A DNA stretch of 64,000 nt from contig CAKPIT010000002.1 in assembly GCA_934162445.1 (NCBI GenBank), positions 11,101 through 75,100 of the forward strand, given 5' to 3'. Source of the DNA: an uncultured Bacilli bacterium. Lineage in GTDB: Bacteria > Bacillota_I > Bacilli_A > RF39 > UBA660. The notes below the pieces were generated by a model, which saw only the letters and a list, made by a program, of their open reading frames with translations, was not told the origin of the DNA and did not search any database. Position 1 is the stretch's first letter. Each line of letters opens with the position of its first letter. Of this stretch, positions 1 to 9,457 are shown in pieces. Made by a program: the position numbers and the translations under genes.

Positions 1-722
1 AAAGCGGGACCTTTAAATTCTAAAAGAGTAATAATAGCAATCATAAATCCTAAATACATGGAACAGTCACCACAAAAGATTTTAGCAGGATAGAAATTAT
101 GAACTAAAAATCCTAAAGTAGCACCTAGCATAATGTAGGTTAAAATCATAACTAAACTACCACTTCGACCTTGGAAGAAGCCAATAATACCAATGGTTAA
201 GAAGAAAATACTGCAAATACCACCACATAAGCCATCTAAACCATCTATTAAATTAATAATATTAACACAGGCTACAATAAAGAAAATGGTAATTGGATAT
301 GATAAAATACCAAAATTAAGACTATAACCAAAAGCAGTAATATTATTTAAAAGAAAACCGCCATAAAAAACAACGACAAAGGCACTAATTAATTGACCAA
401 TTAATTTATAACGGGCTTTAAGAGATTTAACATCATCAATAATTCCTGTTAGAATAATGATAAAACTACCAATTAAAATGGAATTCATTTGAACACTTTC
501 TTTACCAAATAACATGTAACCAATTAAGAAAGCTAAGAAGATTCCTACACCCCCAAGTTTAGGGATTGGCTTTTTATGAATATGTCTGTTTCCTTCATCG
601 GAACGGGGCATATCAATAGCATTTATATAAACAGCTATTTTTTTCATAAAAGGCATAATTAAAGCGGAACATATAAAAGTTGATACAACTATTTTTAATG
701 CATCAATAATATCTGAATTCAT
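1..722 (-). CDS. Glycosyltransferase family 4 (MraY/WecA/TagO-like undecaprenyl-phosphate sugar-phosphate transferase). N-terminal part only; the 3' end runs off the window.
   Basis: Own translation from ATG at 722: MNSDIIDALKIVVSTF...HKKPIPKLGGVGIF...IIDDVKSL...NLIDGLDGLCGG. Multi-pass membrane protein with GT4-type motifs. Absent from the ORF track because it is truncated. Confidence 0.75.
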   Translation of the reverse strand, partial: MNSDIIDALKIVVSTFICSALIMPFMKKIAVYINAIDMPRSDEGNRHIHKKPIPKLGGVGIFLAFLIGYMLFGKESVQMNSILIGSFIIILTGIIDDVKSLKARYKLIGQLISAFVVVFYGGFLLNNITAFGYSLNFGILSYPITIFFIVACVNIINLIDGLDGLCGGICSIFFLTIGIIGFFQGRSGSLVMILTYIMLGATLGFLVHNFYPAKIFCGDCSMYLGFMIAIITLLEFKGPA

Positions 723-800
723 AAATTTACCTCATTTCTTAAAGATATTATAACAAGCCTTAGAATATTTTACAACAAAATAAAAAACTACTATTAGAGT

Positions 801-1793
801 TTAATCTTCTTCTAGTAATTTAATATTATCTAATAATACGCCAGTTCCTTCGACAACACAGGTTAGAGGACTATCAGCAATTAAAACAGGAACTTTCAAT
901 TCTTCCTTTAATAAATCATTTAAGCCTTTTAACATAGATCCGCCACCGGTTAAGACAATACCTTTATCCACAATATCTGCGGATAACTCAGGCGGAGTTT
1001 GTTCTAACACATTAGTAGCAGCTTTAACTATTTTATAAATAGAGTCATGTAGTGCTTCTTCAGTTTCAACTTCATTTATTTCAATGGTATTAGGTAGCCC
1101 AGTAATAAGATCTCTACCACGCACTTCCATTTTATTCTTTTTATCAGGTTGATAAAGGTTAGCAAAATTGATCTTAATATCTTCTGCTGTTTTCTCACCT
1201 ATTAAAAGCTTATATTTTTCTTTAATGTATTTAACAATATCTTGATCAAAAATATTACCAGCAACTCTAACAGATGCACTACTAACAATATCATTTAAAG
1301 ATAAAATAGCAATATCAGTAGTACCACCACCAATATCAATAACCATATTAGCACTTGGTTTTGAAATATCCATACCAGCCCCAATAGCGGCAACTTTTGG
1401 TTCTTCTTCCAAGTAAACTTTTCTTGCACCAGTTCTCTCTGCAGCTTCTTTGATAGCATTTTTTTCAACAGGAGTTACATTGGTAGGACAGCATATTAAA
1501 ATACGAGGTCTTGATAAGAAGTTACGGGCATGGATTTTTCTAATAAAATAATCTAACATAATTTCGGTTATCTCAAAATCGGCTATTACCCCATCTTTCA
1601 TGGGCTTTATGGCTTTTACTTTTTCAGGAGTACGTCCTAACATTTCACTAGCTTCTTTTCCAACGGCTACTACTTTTTTATTATCAGTATCAATAGCCAC
1701 AACACTAGGTTCATTTAAAACTATTCCTTCCCCTTTTATATATATTAAAACATTAGCGGTTCCTAAATCTATTCCTATATCTTTTGAAAGCAT
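801..1793 (-). CDS. mreB: Rod-shape-determining actin homologue MreB/Mbl
   Basis: IGIDLGTANVL..., DIGGGTTD and VLTGGGS actin-fold ATPase motifs; 330 aa. Confidence 0.95.
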   Translation of the reverse strand: MLSKDIGIDLGTANVLIYIKGEGIVLNEPSVVAIDTDNKKVVAVGKEASEMLGRTPEKVKAIKPMKDGVIADFEITEIMLDYFIRKIHARNFLSRPRILICCPTNVTPVEKNAIKEAAERTGARKVYLEEEPKVAAIGAGMDISKPSANMVIDIGGGTTDIAILSLNDIVSSASVRVAGNIFDQDIVKYIKEKYKLLIGEKTAEDIKINFANLYQPDKKNKMEVRGRDLITGLPNTIEINEVETEEALHDSIYKIVKAATNVLEQTPPELSADIVDKGIVLTGGGSMLKGLNDLLKEELKVPVLIADSPLTCVVEGTGVLLDNIKLLEED

Positions 1794-1874
1794 ATTATCA
1801 CGTCCTTTTTACTGTTAATATTTTAACAAATTTATTACAAAATGTAAATTGTCTTCTAGAAAAAAAACGGTTTT

Positions 1875-2570
1875 TTACTCCGCTTCTTTTTTTGACTCTT
1901 CTTGTTGGTTAGGGGTTGTTGTATCTTCGGTTGTTTTTTCATTATCATTATTTATTACCTGATCAAAATATTGGCTAGGATCTACGACTTCACCCTTTTT
2001 ATAAAGCTCAAAATGAAGATGATTACCCATATCTTTATCAATCGTGTTCATACCACTTTTACCAAGTAGTTGGCCCTTTTTTACAGTATCATTTTTCTTG
2101 ACTGTTACTTCACTAAGGCTTTGATAGCTACTAATAAAATCATTATCATGTTTGATTTCAACGATAGTTCCTAACACGTCATCAGTTCTTATATCAGTAA
2201 CCGTACCATCTAATATAGCAATAACATCAAAAGGATCAGTTAAGCCAAAGTCAATTCCTGAGTTTTGAATATAGGTATTTTGATGATAGATGATGGATTT
2301 TTCTTGACTAGCATTATCGGCTTTATAATCATAAAAATATTTTAAAACTTCTACTTTTTCATCAGTATATGGTTTTCCTATTTTTACTTCTTCTTTTAAG
2401 ACTTCTACGTCATTTTCAATGATAGACTTGTTAACATAATCAACATCTTCAGAACTTGGAAGAGAATTTTTCATGTTTTCACTCACTAGAAAGGCCCCAA
2501 AGCCCGTTAAAGTAAAGATAGTTAAATAAGCCCCAATTAAAACACCTTTTTTTAATCTTAATCTTTTCAT
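1875..2570 (-). CDS. Membrane-anchored LytM/M23-domain protein, SpoIIQ-like. The first catalytic motif is degenerate.
   Basis: N-terminal TM segment. M23 core has NSGIDF where HxGxD is expected, but HLHFE is retained. The ATG at 2570 has a GAGGTG RBS; the track start at 2579 is a GTG inside that RBS. Confidence 0.55.
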   Translation of the reverse strand: MKRLRLKKGVLIGAYLTIFTLTGFGAFLVSENMKNSLPSSEDVDYVNKSIIENDVEVLKEEVKIGKPYTDEKVEVLKYFYDYKADNASQEKSIIYHQNTYIQNSGIDFGLTDPFDVIAILDGTVTDIRTDDVLGTIVEIKHDNDFISSYQSLSEVTVKKNDTVKKGQLLGKSGMNTIDKDMGNHLHFELYKKGEVVDPSQYFDQVINNDNEKTTEDTTTPNQQEESKKEAE

Positions 2571-2623
2571 AATTTTCACCTCATTTAGAGTTTTAACAAA
2601 ATTATGAATTTTATACTTTGTTT

Positions 2624-2830
2624 TTAAATAATACTAGCAGAAGTATATAAGTCCCATAAAAAATTAGTAACTAAATAAATTAAGGACATGGCTAAGAAGA
2701 AATAGAAGACTCTTGCTTTAGCAATTTTATTTTTTTTAAAAATAGCATTTATATTGATAGCATCAAGGCTCCAAATAGTAAGAATACTAATAAGGATATA
2801 TAAAAAATATTTAGCATTCATGTTCTTCAT
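2624..2830 (-). CDS. Small two-TM membrane protein, DUF1146/YwzB-like
   Basis: 68 aa and hydrophobic, in the position of B. subtilis ywzB. Start uncertain (2830 or 2821). Confidence 0.5.
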   Translation of the reverse strand: MKNMNAKYFLYILISILTIWSLDAININAIFKKNKIAKARVFYFFLAMSLIYLVTNFLWDLYTSASII

Positions 2831-3254
2831 ATTCCTTTATTTTGTTAATACGTCTTAAGTGACGTTCTTCATTAGAAAATGGAAGGGTTACAAAAGTTTT
2901 TATTAATTGATATGCTTCTTCTAAAGGGATATTTGCTTTTAAACAAATAATATTAGCATCATTATCTTGTCGTGTTTCTTTGACATCTTCTAAATCTACT
3001 ACTCTTGCAGCTCTTATTCCTTTTACTTTATTGCAAGCGATAGAAATACCAATTCCACTACCACAAATAGCAATTCCAAAGTCTATTTCTTGATTTTGAA
3101 GAGCTTTACCCAATTTAAATGCATAATCTGGATAGTCAACACTCATAGGAGTTGAACATCCATAATCAATTATAGTATATTCGGGATTTAATTTTGTTAT
3201 TAATGCTTCTTTTAAATTATAACCACGATGATCACTAGTTATTCCTAATTTCAT
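2811..3254 (-). CDS. rpiB: Ribose-5-phosphate isomerase B (RpiB/LacAB family)
   Basis: MKLGITSDHRGYNLK...CGSGIGISIACNKVKGIRAA. Start trimmed to the ATG preceded by a GAAGG RBS. Confidence 0.9.
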   Translation of the reverse strand: MKLGITSDHRGYNLKEALITKLNPEYTIIDYGCSTPMSVDYPDYAFKLGKALQNQEIDFGIAICGSGIGISIACNKVKGIRAARVVDLEDVKETRQDNDANIICLKANIPLEEAYQLIKTFVTLPFSNEERHLRRINKIKEYEEHEC

Positions 3255-3306
3255 TTTATTACCTTCTTTCTTTATTAGTATATCATTATATTTAAAAAAG
3301 AAGAAA

Positions 3307-3522
3307 CTAGGCTTCTTCTTTGGTTGTAAATCCATATTTTTTATTAAACTTGTCTACTTGTCCAGCTTTAGATGCTCTTCCTTGTTTTCCAGTATAGAAT
3401 GGATGACATTTAGAACAAACCTCAACTGTAATCTCATCTTTGTTTGACATTACTTCAAATGTTTCTCCACATGCACAAGTTACTTTACAAGGTCTATAAT
3501 TTGTATCATTTTTCTTGGCCAT
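3307..3522 (-). CDS. rpmE: 50S ribosomal protein L31 (Zn-ribbon type)
   Basis: MAKKN...CACGETFEV...[22 protein letters not shown] before the ATG at 3522. Confidence 0.95.
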   Translation of the reverse strand: MAKKNDTNYRPCKVTCACGETFEVMSNKDEITVEVCSKCHPFYTGKQGRASKAGQVDKFNKKYGFTTKEEA

Positions 3523-3634
3523 TTTTATCTCTCCTTTCACCATGATAAGTTTATATCATAGAAACTATTTACTATTGTTAATAGCAAAGTAATTCGCTAA
3601 TTACTATATCAGAAAAAGAAGAAAGTTGCAAGTA

Positions 3635-4369
3635 TTATTCTAAATATTTAGTAATTATTTGCCTAGCTATAACTTGATGAGCCTCAATAGAGGGATGAAT
3701 GTTGGTAGGATTAGGTAAATAATCTTTTTTAGTAGCAAAAATGTTATAAATATCCAAGTATGAAATATCATATTTTTTGGATAAAGCTTTACTTTTTGTT
3801 ATTAAATAGTTAAATAGACGATTAGTAGTTATATCTTTAGTGGAAAATGGATTATAATAGCCAATCATAATAATTTGCTTTTTGTTGTATTTGCGAAGCA
3901 TGATAAACAGTTTTTCTAGAGATTTGATATAGTTTGTCCCAATTTCACTTATTTCTTCATTAGTTAGATTTGAAGGAGAAATATTCTTGGAAGTAATAGC
4001 AATAATTATATCATTTAGGCCAATACTTAAAGTTGTGAAATCTGCTTCTTGAAGGCACTTTTTGAATGATAAGACTTCTTTAGGGGTTGTTATAATACGA
4101 TTGGTTTCTAAATCATAAAGTAAGTCTTTAATTCTTAGACCGCTTTCAGAAAAGTTGTTAATTGATGATGTGAGGAGATTATTTTCTTGTAAATAGGTTG
4201 TTAAATAATTACTATAACCATAACCAGTATTATTATTGGAATCAAGGCCAACACTTAAAAAATCACCAAGGGCTAGGTAGTTTATTTTGTCTTTCTTCGT
4301 TACTTTATATATTAAAAAAACTAATAAACATAAGATAAGAATAATTAGGAGTTTTTTTATTTTTTTCAT
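3635..4369 (-). CDS. SGNH/GDSL-family hydrolase with N-terminal membrane anchor
   Basis: LALGDFLSVG block I and GLNDI block III; GGAGG RBS before the ATG at 4369. Confidence 0.7.
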   Translation of the reverse strand: MKKIKKLLIILILCLLVFLIYKVTKKDKINYLALGDFLSVGLDSNNNTGYGYSNYLTTYLQENNLLTSSINNFSESGLRIKDLLYDLETNRIITTPKEVLSFKKCLQEADFTTLSIGLNDIIIAITSKNISPSNLTNEEISEIGTNYIKSLEKLFIMLRKYNKKQIIMIGYYNPFSTKDITTNRLFNYLITKSKALSKKYDISYLDIYNIFATKKDYLPNPTNIHPSIEAHQVIARQIITKYLE

Positions 4370-4403
4370 ATTTGCCTCCAAAAAAAATATAGTTATTACT
4401 ATA

Positions 4404-5657
4404 CTATATTTCTTTTAGTTCTACTTTAGCACCAACATCTATTAATTTTTCTACAATATTTTCATAACCTCTTAATATGTGCTCAACATTAGTAATTCGG
4501 GTAGTACCTTGGGCCATAAGACCAGCGATTACTAAAGCAGCTCCGGCTCGAAGGTCGGTGGCAACAACATCAGTACCAGTTAATTTGGTAGGACCAACAA
4601 TAGTTGAGGTTTGATTTTTTATTCTAATATCGGCTCCCATTTGGTTTAAATATGGGATGTGCATAAATCTATTTTCATAAATTGTTTCTTCAATTTTACT
4701 TTTGCCATTACATTTTGTTAGTAGTGGTGTTAGGGGTTGTTGTAAATCGGTGGCAAAGCCCGGATATGTTTGGGTTTTAACATTGATGGCTTTATATTTA
4801 TCTTTACTGCTTACAATGATATAATCAGCCCCAATATCAAGAAATACTCCCATTTCTTCTAATTTGCTAGTTAAAGCTTCAATATGTTCAGGAATAATAT
4901 TGGTAATTTTTAATGGATCTCCTAAAGCAGCTCCTAAAATAACATAAGTTCCCGCTTCAATGCGATCAGGAATAACTTCATGGAAGCATTTTCCTAAGTG
5001 TTCAACGCCGGTTATTTCAATACTACTGGTACCTGCTCCTCTTATTTTGGCACCCATGTTGTTAAGAAGGGTGGCAACATTAACTATTTCAGGTTCTTTG
5101 GCTGCATTATCAATAATCGTTGTACCTTTGGCAAGAGAGGCGGCCAGCATAATATTTATGGTAGCTCCAACACTGGCAAAATCAAGATAAATATTAGCTC
5201 CTTTTAATTCTTTAGCTTCAACAGTATAGATATTATCATTATTAGTAACTGTTGCTCCTAAAGCTTCGAAGCCTTTAAGATGTAAATTGATAGGACGAGC
5301 ACCAATAGAACATCCTCCCGGTAAGGCCATGGTTACTTTTTTATATTTACCTAATAAAGCTCCCATAAAATAATATGAAGCTCGAAGTTTTTTGGTATAA
5401 GTATCAGGTATTTCAATATTTTTCATTTCATCACTATTAATTACTAATGATTCAGTTGCGCGTTTTACTTTAACATTTAAAAAATCTAAGATTTCACATA
5501 AAGCGTCAGTGTCAGTGATATCTGGAACATTACAAATTGTAACAACATCATCAGATAAAATTGCGGCTGGTATTAATGCAACAACACTATTTTTAGCACC
5601 ACTTATTCTGATAGTACCACTTAATGTTTTTCCTCCTTTTATTTCTAATACTTTCAT
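4404..5657 (-). CDS. murA: UDP-N-acetylglucosamine 1-carboxyvinyltransferase
   Basis: MKVLEIKGGKTLSGTIRISGAKNS...LPGGCSIGARPINLH; full-length MurA. Confidence 0.95.
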   Translation of the reverse strand: MKVLEIKGGKTLSGTIRISGAKNSVVALIPAAILSDDVVTICNVPDITDTDALCEILDFLNVKVKRATESLVINSDEMKNIEIPDTYTKKLRASYYFMGALLGKYKKVTMALPGGCSIGARPINLHLKGFEALGATVTNNDNIYTVEAKELKGANIYLDFASVGATINIMLAASLAKGTTIIDNAAKEPEIVNVATLLNNMGAKIRGAGTSSIEITGVEHLGKCFHEVIPDRIEAGTYVILGAALGDPLKITNIIPEHIEALTSKLEEMGVFLDIGADYIIVSSKDKYKAINVKTQTYPGFATDLQQPLTPLLTKCNGKSKIEETIYENRFMHIPYLNQMGADIRIKNQTSTIVGPTKLTGTDVVATDLRAGAALVIAGLMAQGTTRITNVEHILRGYENIVEKLIDVGAKVELKEI

Positions 5658-5818
5658 ATTTTTACCTACTTTCATCATTATTATATTGTTTTTTTTAGTT
5701 TTGGTACTAATAACCTATAAAGAATTATTATTTTCTAATATTTTGTTTAACTATAATAACTTCTATATATATCATAATCAATAACCTGTTAATTGTCAAA
5801 AGAAAACGAATGATTTTA

Positions 5819-6352
5819 CTAAGTAAAAAGATGAACAAGAGCTAGGATAAATAAAAGGAGGCTACCAATAATATTGGCAATTTTTCCATAAGTAAGGGAT
5901 AGTTTATTACCAATATTTAAGCCTAGATAGGTAAAAAGGGCACTAAAAGTAGAAAAGAAAAGACCAGCTATATAAATATTATCATGATGAGTACCAAGGG
6001 CTATACCTATTGAAAAACTATCAAGGCTGACACTGAAAGCGAAAAGGAGGGCATCAAAATATGTTTTAAATGTTTTTTTATCTTTGGAATCTTTAATACT
6101 AATAATCATTTCTATACTTAAAATAAAAAAAATAATGGTAACTAAAATATCCGGATCACTAATGATATTACTAATAATAAATGTACCAATAAGGCTACCT
6201 AGTAGAGGCATGAAATAGTGAAAAAGGCCAACTGTAGAGCTTAAAAACAGTTTGACCTTTTTAGTGGGAAGAATGGTTCCATAGGCAATGGCAAGCGAAA
6301 AGGCATCCATTGATAAACTAATAGCCATGATTATTAGTTGTATATAAGACAT
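5819..6352 (-). CDS. mntP: Manganese efflux pump MntP (DUF204)
   Basis: Duplicated SxDAF/SLDSF motifs (LSMDAFSLAIAYG, SVSLDSFSIGIALG); six TM segments. Confidence 0.8.
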   Translation of the reverse strand: MSYIQLIIMAISLSMDAFSLAIAYGTILPTKKVKLFLSSTVGLFHYFMPLLGSLIGTFIISNIISDPDILVTIIFFILSIEMIISIKDSKDKKTFKTYFDALLFAFSVSLDSFSIGIALGTHHDNIYIAGLFFSTFSALFTYLGLNIGNKLSLTYGKIANIIGSLLLFILALVHLFT

Positions 6353-6378
6353 AAAATCACCTATAGTAACTTATTCTG

Positions 6379-6918
6379 TTATTTTTTGTTTGATGATAAA
6401 TATTTAGTAATCATTTCTTGAACAAAGGATTTGTATTCAACATCTTTAGGGAGAGTTTCCGTATCCATTAGGCATAAAGGAGGAAAAAGAACACACCACC
6501 AATTTTCACCATTACCATTTCCTAAAGTGATGACTAATGATTCATAGTATCCTTCTTCATATACGACGCCTTTATATTTTTTCGCAGGAAAATAATTAAG
6601 GCCATAATTTATGTGATAAGTTTCAGTTAAATGATTGGTCAATAAGGTGGTTTTAATAGTATTATCGAATGTTTGGTAATTAGATTTTAAAATAGACTTG
6701 GTTTCATTAACACTTTGACTATTCTTTAGTAAAACATTTAACTTTTCTTCTAGAGCTTCTTTGATTAAAAACTTGGTTTGTTGCGACTTATTACTGTTAT
6801 CGTTTGCTACTACCCGGAATCTAATGGCTTCATCGGGAATAACAACAATTTTATCTTCTTTATTTAGGTTGGAAGTGAAAGCTAAAAGAATACTGATTAT
6901 GATTAAATATTTTTTCAT
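6379..6918 (-). CDS. spoIIR: Stage II sporulation protein R
   Basis: IRFRVVANDNS...NWWCVLFPPLCL signature with a signal anchor. Confidence 0.85.
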   Translation of the reverse strand: MKKYLIIISILLAFTSNLNKEDKIVVIPDEAIRFRVVANDNSNKSQQTKFLIKEALEEKLNVLLKNSQSVNETKSILKSNYQTFDNTIKTTLLTNHLTETYHINYGLNYFPAKKYKGVVYEEGYYESLVITLGNGNGENWWCVLFPPLCLMDTETLPKDVEYKSFVQEMITKYLSSNKK

Positions 6919-6969
6919 TTTAAAACACCACTCTTTCTTTACTTTATTAATGAGTGATGTTTATTGTTT

Positions 6970-7797
6970 TTAATCAATATTTTTTTCGACAAATAGCATT
7001 CTATCTTTAGAACTTAAATCTTGTTTGATAGTAATTTTAACATTATCTAAAGTGTTTTTTATTAAAGTTTCTAATGATTTGCCTTGTTGATAACCTATTT
7101 CAAAGGCTATTAAGTATTTTTCTTTTAAATATGGTTTAATATCATTTATAATGTTTTGATAACAATCTAAACCACTCTTACCGCCATATAAGGCAAGATG
7201 AGGTTCATTGCTTTTTACAATTTCTTCTATTTCTTCATCTTCTTTAATGTATGGGGGATTAGAAACAATAATATCATATGGTTCTTTATTAACATTATCT
7301 AACCAGTTACTTTGAATAAACGTAACATTTAAATTTAGGTTCTTGGCATTAGTTTTAGCTACTTCTAAGGCTTTAGGAGAAATATCAGTTAAGGTTACAT
7401 CAGCGGTTGGAAAAAACTTTTTTAAAGTTAGACCAATGACGCCACTACCGGTTCCAAGATCTAAGATTTTCGGAGTAGTTAAATTGTTTTTTATAATATA
7501 ATTTTTAATATTTTCTACTAATTCTTCGGTTTCAAAGCGAGGAATTAAAACATTTTCATTAATTGTATAATTTATACCATAAAAATTAACATTACCAATA
7601 ACATATTGAAGGGGTTTATTATTTTGTAAGGAGATTAAGGCTTTTTGGTACAGATCAACAGTTTTAGGGTCTACTTGTTGATCTAATATGGTTAATAATT
7701 CTAAAGAATTAACATTAAGAAAAGAAGCTAATAGCATTTTGGCATGAATACTTGATGTGTATTTTTTACCTAAAACTATTAAGTCTTCAATAGTCAT
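6970..7797 (-). CDS. prmC: Release-factor glutamine N5-methyltransferase PrmC/HemK
   Basis: DLGTGSG SAM motif and NPPY motif; directly downstream of prfA. Confidence 0.92.
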   Translation of the reverse strand: MTIEDLIVLGKKYTSSIHAKMLLASFLNVNSLELLTILDQQVDPKTVDLYQKALISLQNNKPLQYVIGNVNFYGINYTINENVLIPRFETEELVENIKNYIIKNNLTTPKILDLGTGSGVIGLTLKKFFPTADVTLTDISPKALEVAKTNAKNLNLNVTFIQSNWLDNVNKEPYDIIVSNPPYIKEDEEIEEIVKSNEPHLALYGGKSGLDCYQNIINDIKPYLKEKYLIAFEIGYQQGKSLETLIKNTLDNVKITIKQDLSSKDRMLFVEKNID

Positions 7798-8855
7798 TAT
7801 TCTTCTCCTTTTAATTTACGACGTTGATCTTCCATTGTTAATGCTTCTATTAAATCTTTTAAATCACCATTCATGATACGATCAAGATTATTAGTAGTAT
7901 AACCAATACGATGATCAGTTACTCTATTTTGAGGGTAGTTATAGGTTCTAATTTTTTCAGCACGGTCACCACTACCTATTTTATTACGACGAGCATCGCC
8001 TAATTCTTCTTCTTGTTTTCGTAATTCTTGTTCATAAAGCCTTGCTTTTAAGACTTTCATAGCTTGTTCTTTATTTTGAATTTGACTACGTTCATTTTGA
8101 CAAGTTACAACAGTATTGGTTGGAAGATGGGTAATTCTAACGGCACTATCGGTGGTATTTACCCCTTGACCACCACAACCTGAGGAACGATAGATATCTA
8201 TCCTAAGATCAGCAGGATTAATTTCAATATTTACATCTTCAGCTTCAGGCATTACTAGAACAGTGGCAGTACTTGTTTGAATACGACCATTACTTTCTGT
8301 TACAGGAATACGTTGTACTCTATGAGATCCACTTTCATATTTTAGTTTAGAATAGGCCCCATTTCCTTTGACCATAAATTCAATTTGACTAAACCCACCA
8401 GCAGTTCCTTCGATAGCATCAATTACTTCGGTTTTAAAGCCTTCTTTTTCAGCATATCTTGTGTACATACGGTATAAGTCACCAGCAAAAATATTAGCTT
8501 CATCCCCTCCGGCTGCTCCTCTTATTTCCACAATAACATTTTTGTTATCATTAGGATCTTTAGGAATTAGTAAAACTTCTAATTCTTCTTCTAAAGATGT
8601 TTTAGTGGCTTCTAAATTGGCTAATTCTTCTTTAGCCATTTCTTTTAATTCTTCATCTTTTAACATTTCTTTAGTGACAGGAATATCTTCTAATACTTTT
8701 TTATATTTTTTATAAACAGTTACTATTTCTTCTAAGTCGGCTAATTCTTTGGAAATTCTTTTGGTTTTATTGATATCTTTTAGAGTTGCTTCTTCCATTA
8801 AGACATCTTGTAATTCTTGATATTTATTTAAAGTTGCTTCTAATCTTTCTATCAT
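7797..8855 (-). CDS. prfA: Peptide chain release factor 1
   Basis: [16 protein letters not shown] (GGQ); RF1-type sequence. Confidence 0.97.
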   Translation of the reverse strand: MIERLEATLNKYQELQDVLMEEATLKDINKTKRISKELADLEEIVTVYKKYKKVLEDIPVTKEMLKDEELKEMAKEELANLEATKTSLEEELEVLLIPKDPNDNKNVIVEIRGAAGGDEANIFAGDLYRMYTRYAEKEGFKTEVIDAIEGTAGGFSQIEFMVKGNGAYSKLKYESGSHRVQRIPVTESNGRIQTSTATVLVMPEAEDVNIEINPADLRIDIYRSSGCGGQGVNTTDSAVRITHLPTNTVVTCQNERSQIQNKEQAMKVLKARLYEQELRKQEEELGDARRNKIGSGDRAEKIRTYNYPQNRVTDHRIGYTTNNLDRIMNGDLKDLIEALTMEDQRRKLKGEE

Positions 8856-8907
8856 AATACTCTCCTTTTCGTTAATATTTTACCATAATATTTGAAAAAG
8901 AAGAAGA

Positions 8908-9345
8908 TTAACTTTCTAATTCTTCTTCTACTACTACTAAATCTTTTAAATCTTCATTAGGATCTACAAAGTCATCATCGTCATCATTATCGCCAGAATC
9001 ATAGTTATCTTCTTCTATCTCATCTTGAACGATGGTATCATCTTTTGGTTCATCTTCCTCTTCATCATCGTCTTCAGTTACTTTTACAATTTTATCAGAA
9101 GTGTGTCTACTTCTTAAATCCCATGTTCCATCTTCTAAAGAAATAAATCTTTTATCAGTTGTTAATGATGTATAATAATCACCTATTTTTTCTTCATATG
9201 TTTTTTCTGGTAATTCAAGGAGCCTTACAATTTTTTGAAATAAATAGGCAGTATTTTGTTTTCCTTCTTCTTCTAGTATTTTGTAGGTTATATCTTTATT
9301 TGATAATAACTCTAAATCTTCTTTTTTCATTTTTGCTAGCTTCAT
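8908..9345 (-). CDS. rpoE: RNA polymerase delta subunit
   Basis: N-terminal HARE-HTH-like domain (GDYYTSLTTDKRFISLEDGTWDLR) plus a poly-acidic C-terminal tail; AGGAGG RBS. Confidence 0.9.
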   Translation of the reverse strand: MKLAKMKKEDLELLSNKDITYKILEEEGKQNTAYLFQKIVRLLELPEKTYEEKIGDYYTSLTTDKRFISLEDGTWDLRSRHTSDKIVKVTEDDDEEEDEPKDDTIVQDEIEEDNYDSGDNDDDDDFVDPNEDLKDLVVVEEELES

Positions 9346-9457
9346 AAATAATTCCTCCTAAGCTAAAAGCATTATATGCATCAGGTTTTTATTTGTGTAT
9401 TAAATCATACAAATTTATAGCATATTTTATAGGAAATGACAATACCTTTTTTAATAT

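Noticed and set aside
1600-1818. Short ORFs antisense to or nested in well-supported genes. Examples: 1600-1818, 4960-5190, 4998-5207, 5509-5784, 6761-6973, 8461-8715, 9159-9347, 9393-9581, 12845-13036, 13495-13743, 14944-15129, 18703-18930, 21834-22028, 23145-23342, 23561-23761, 24509-24772, 28751-28936, 29163-29348, 32176-32418, 32515-32703, 32830-33129, 37736-37948, 38816-39067, 45300-45482, 45956-46210, 46213-46407, 46856-47119, 48986-49174, 49681-49893, 57517-57768, 60003-60263, 62172-62369.
   Set aside because: All lie within or opposite confidently identified conserved genes, lack RBSs, and have low-complexity or hydrophobic translations typical of shadow frames in AT-rich DNA.
6353-6378. 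Expected yybP-ykoY manganese riboswitch in front of mntP
   Set aside because: Only 26 nt separate mntP from the upstream spoIIR stop codon, so there is no room for the ~100-nt riboswitch. mntP is probably co-transcribed or regulated differently.
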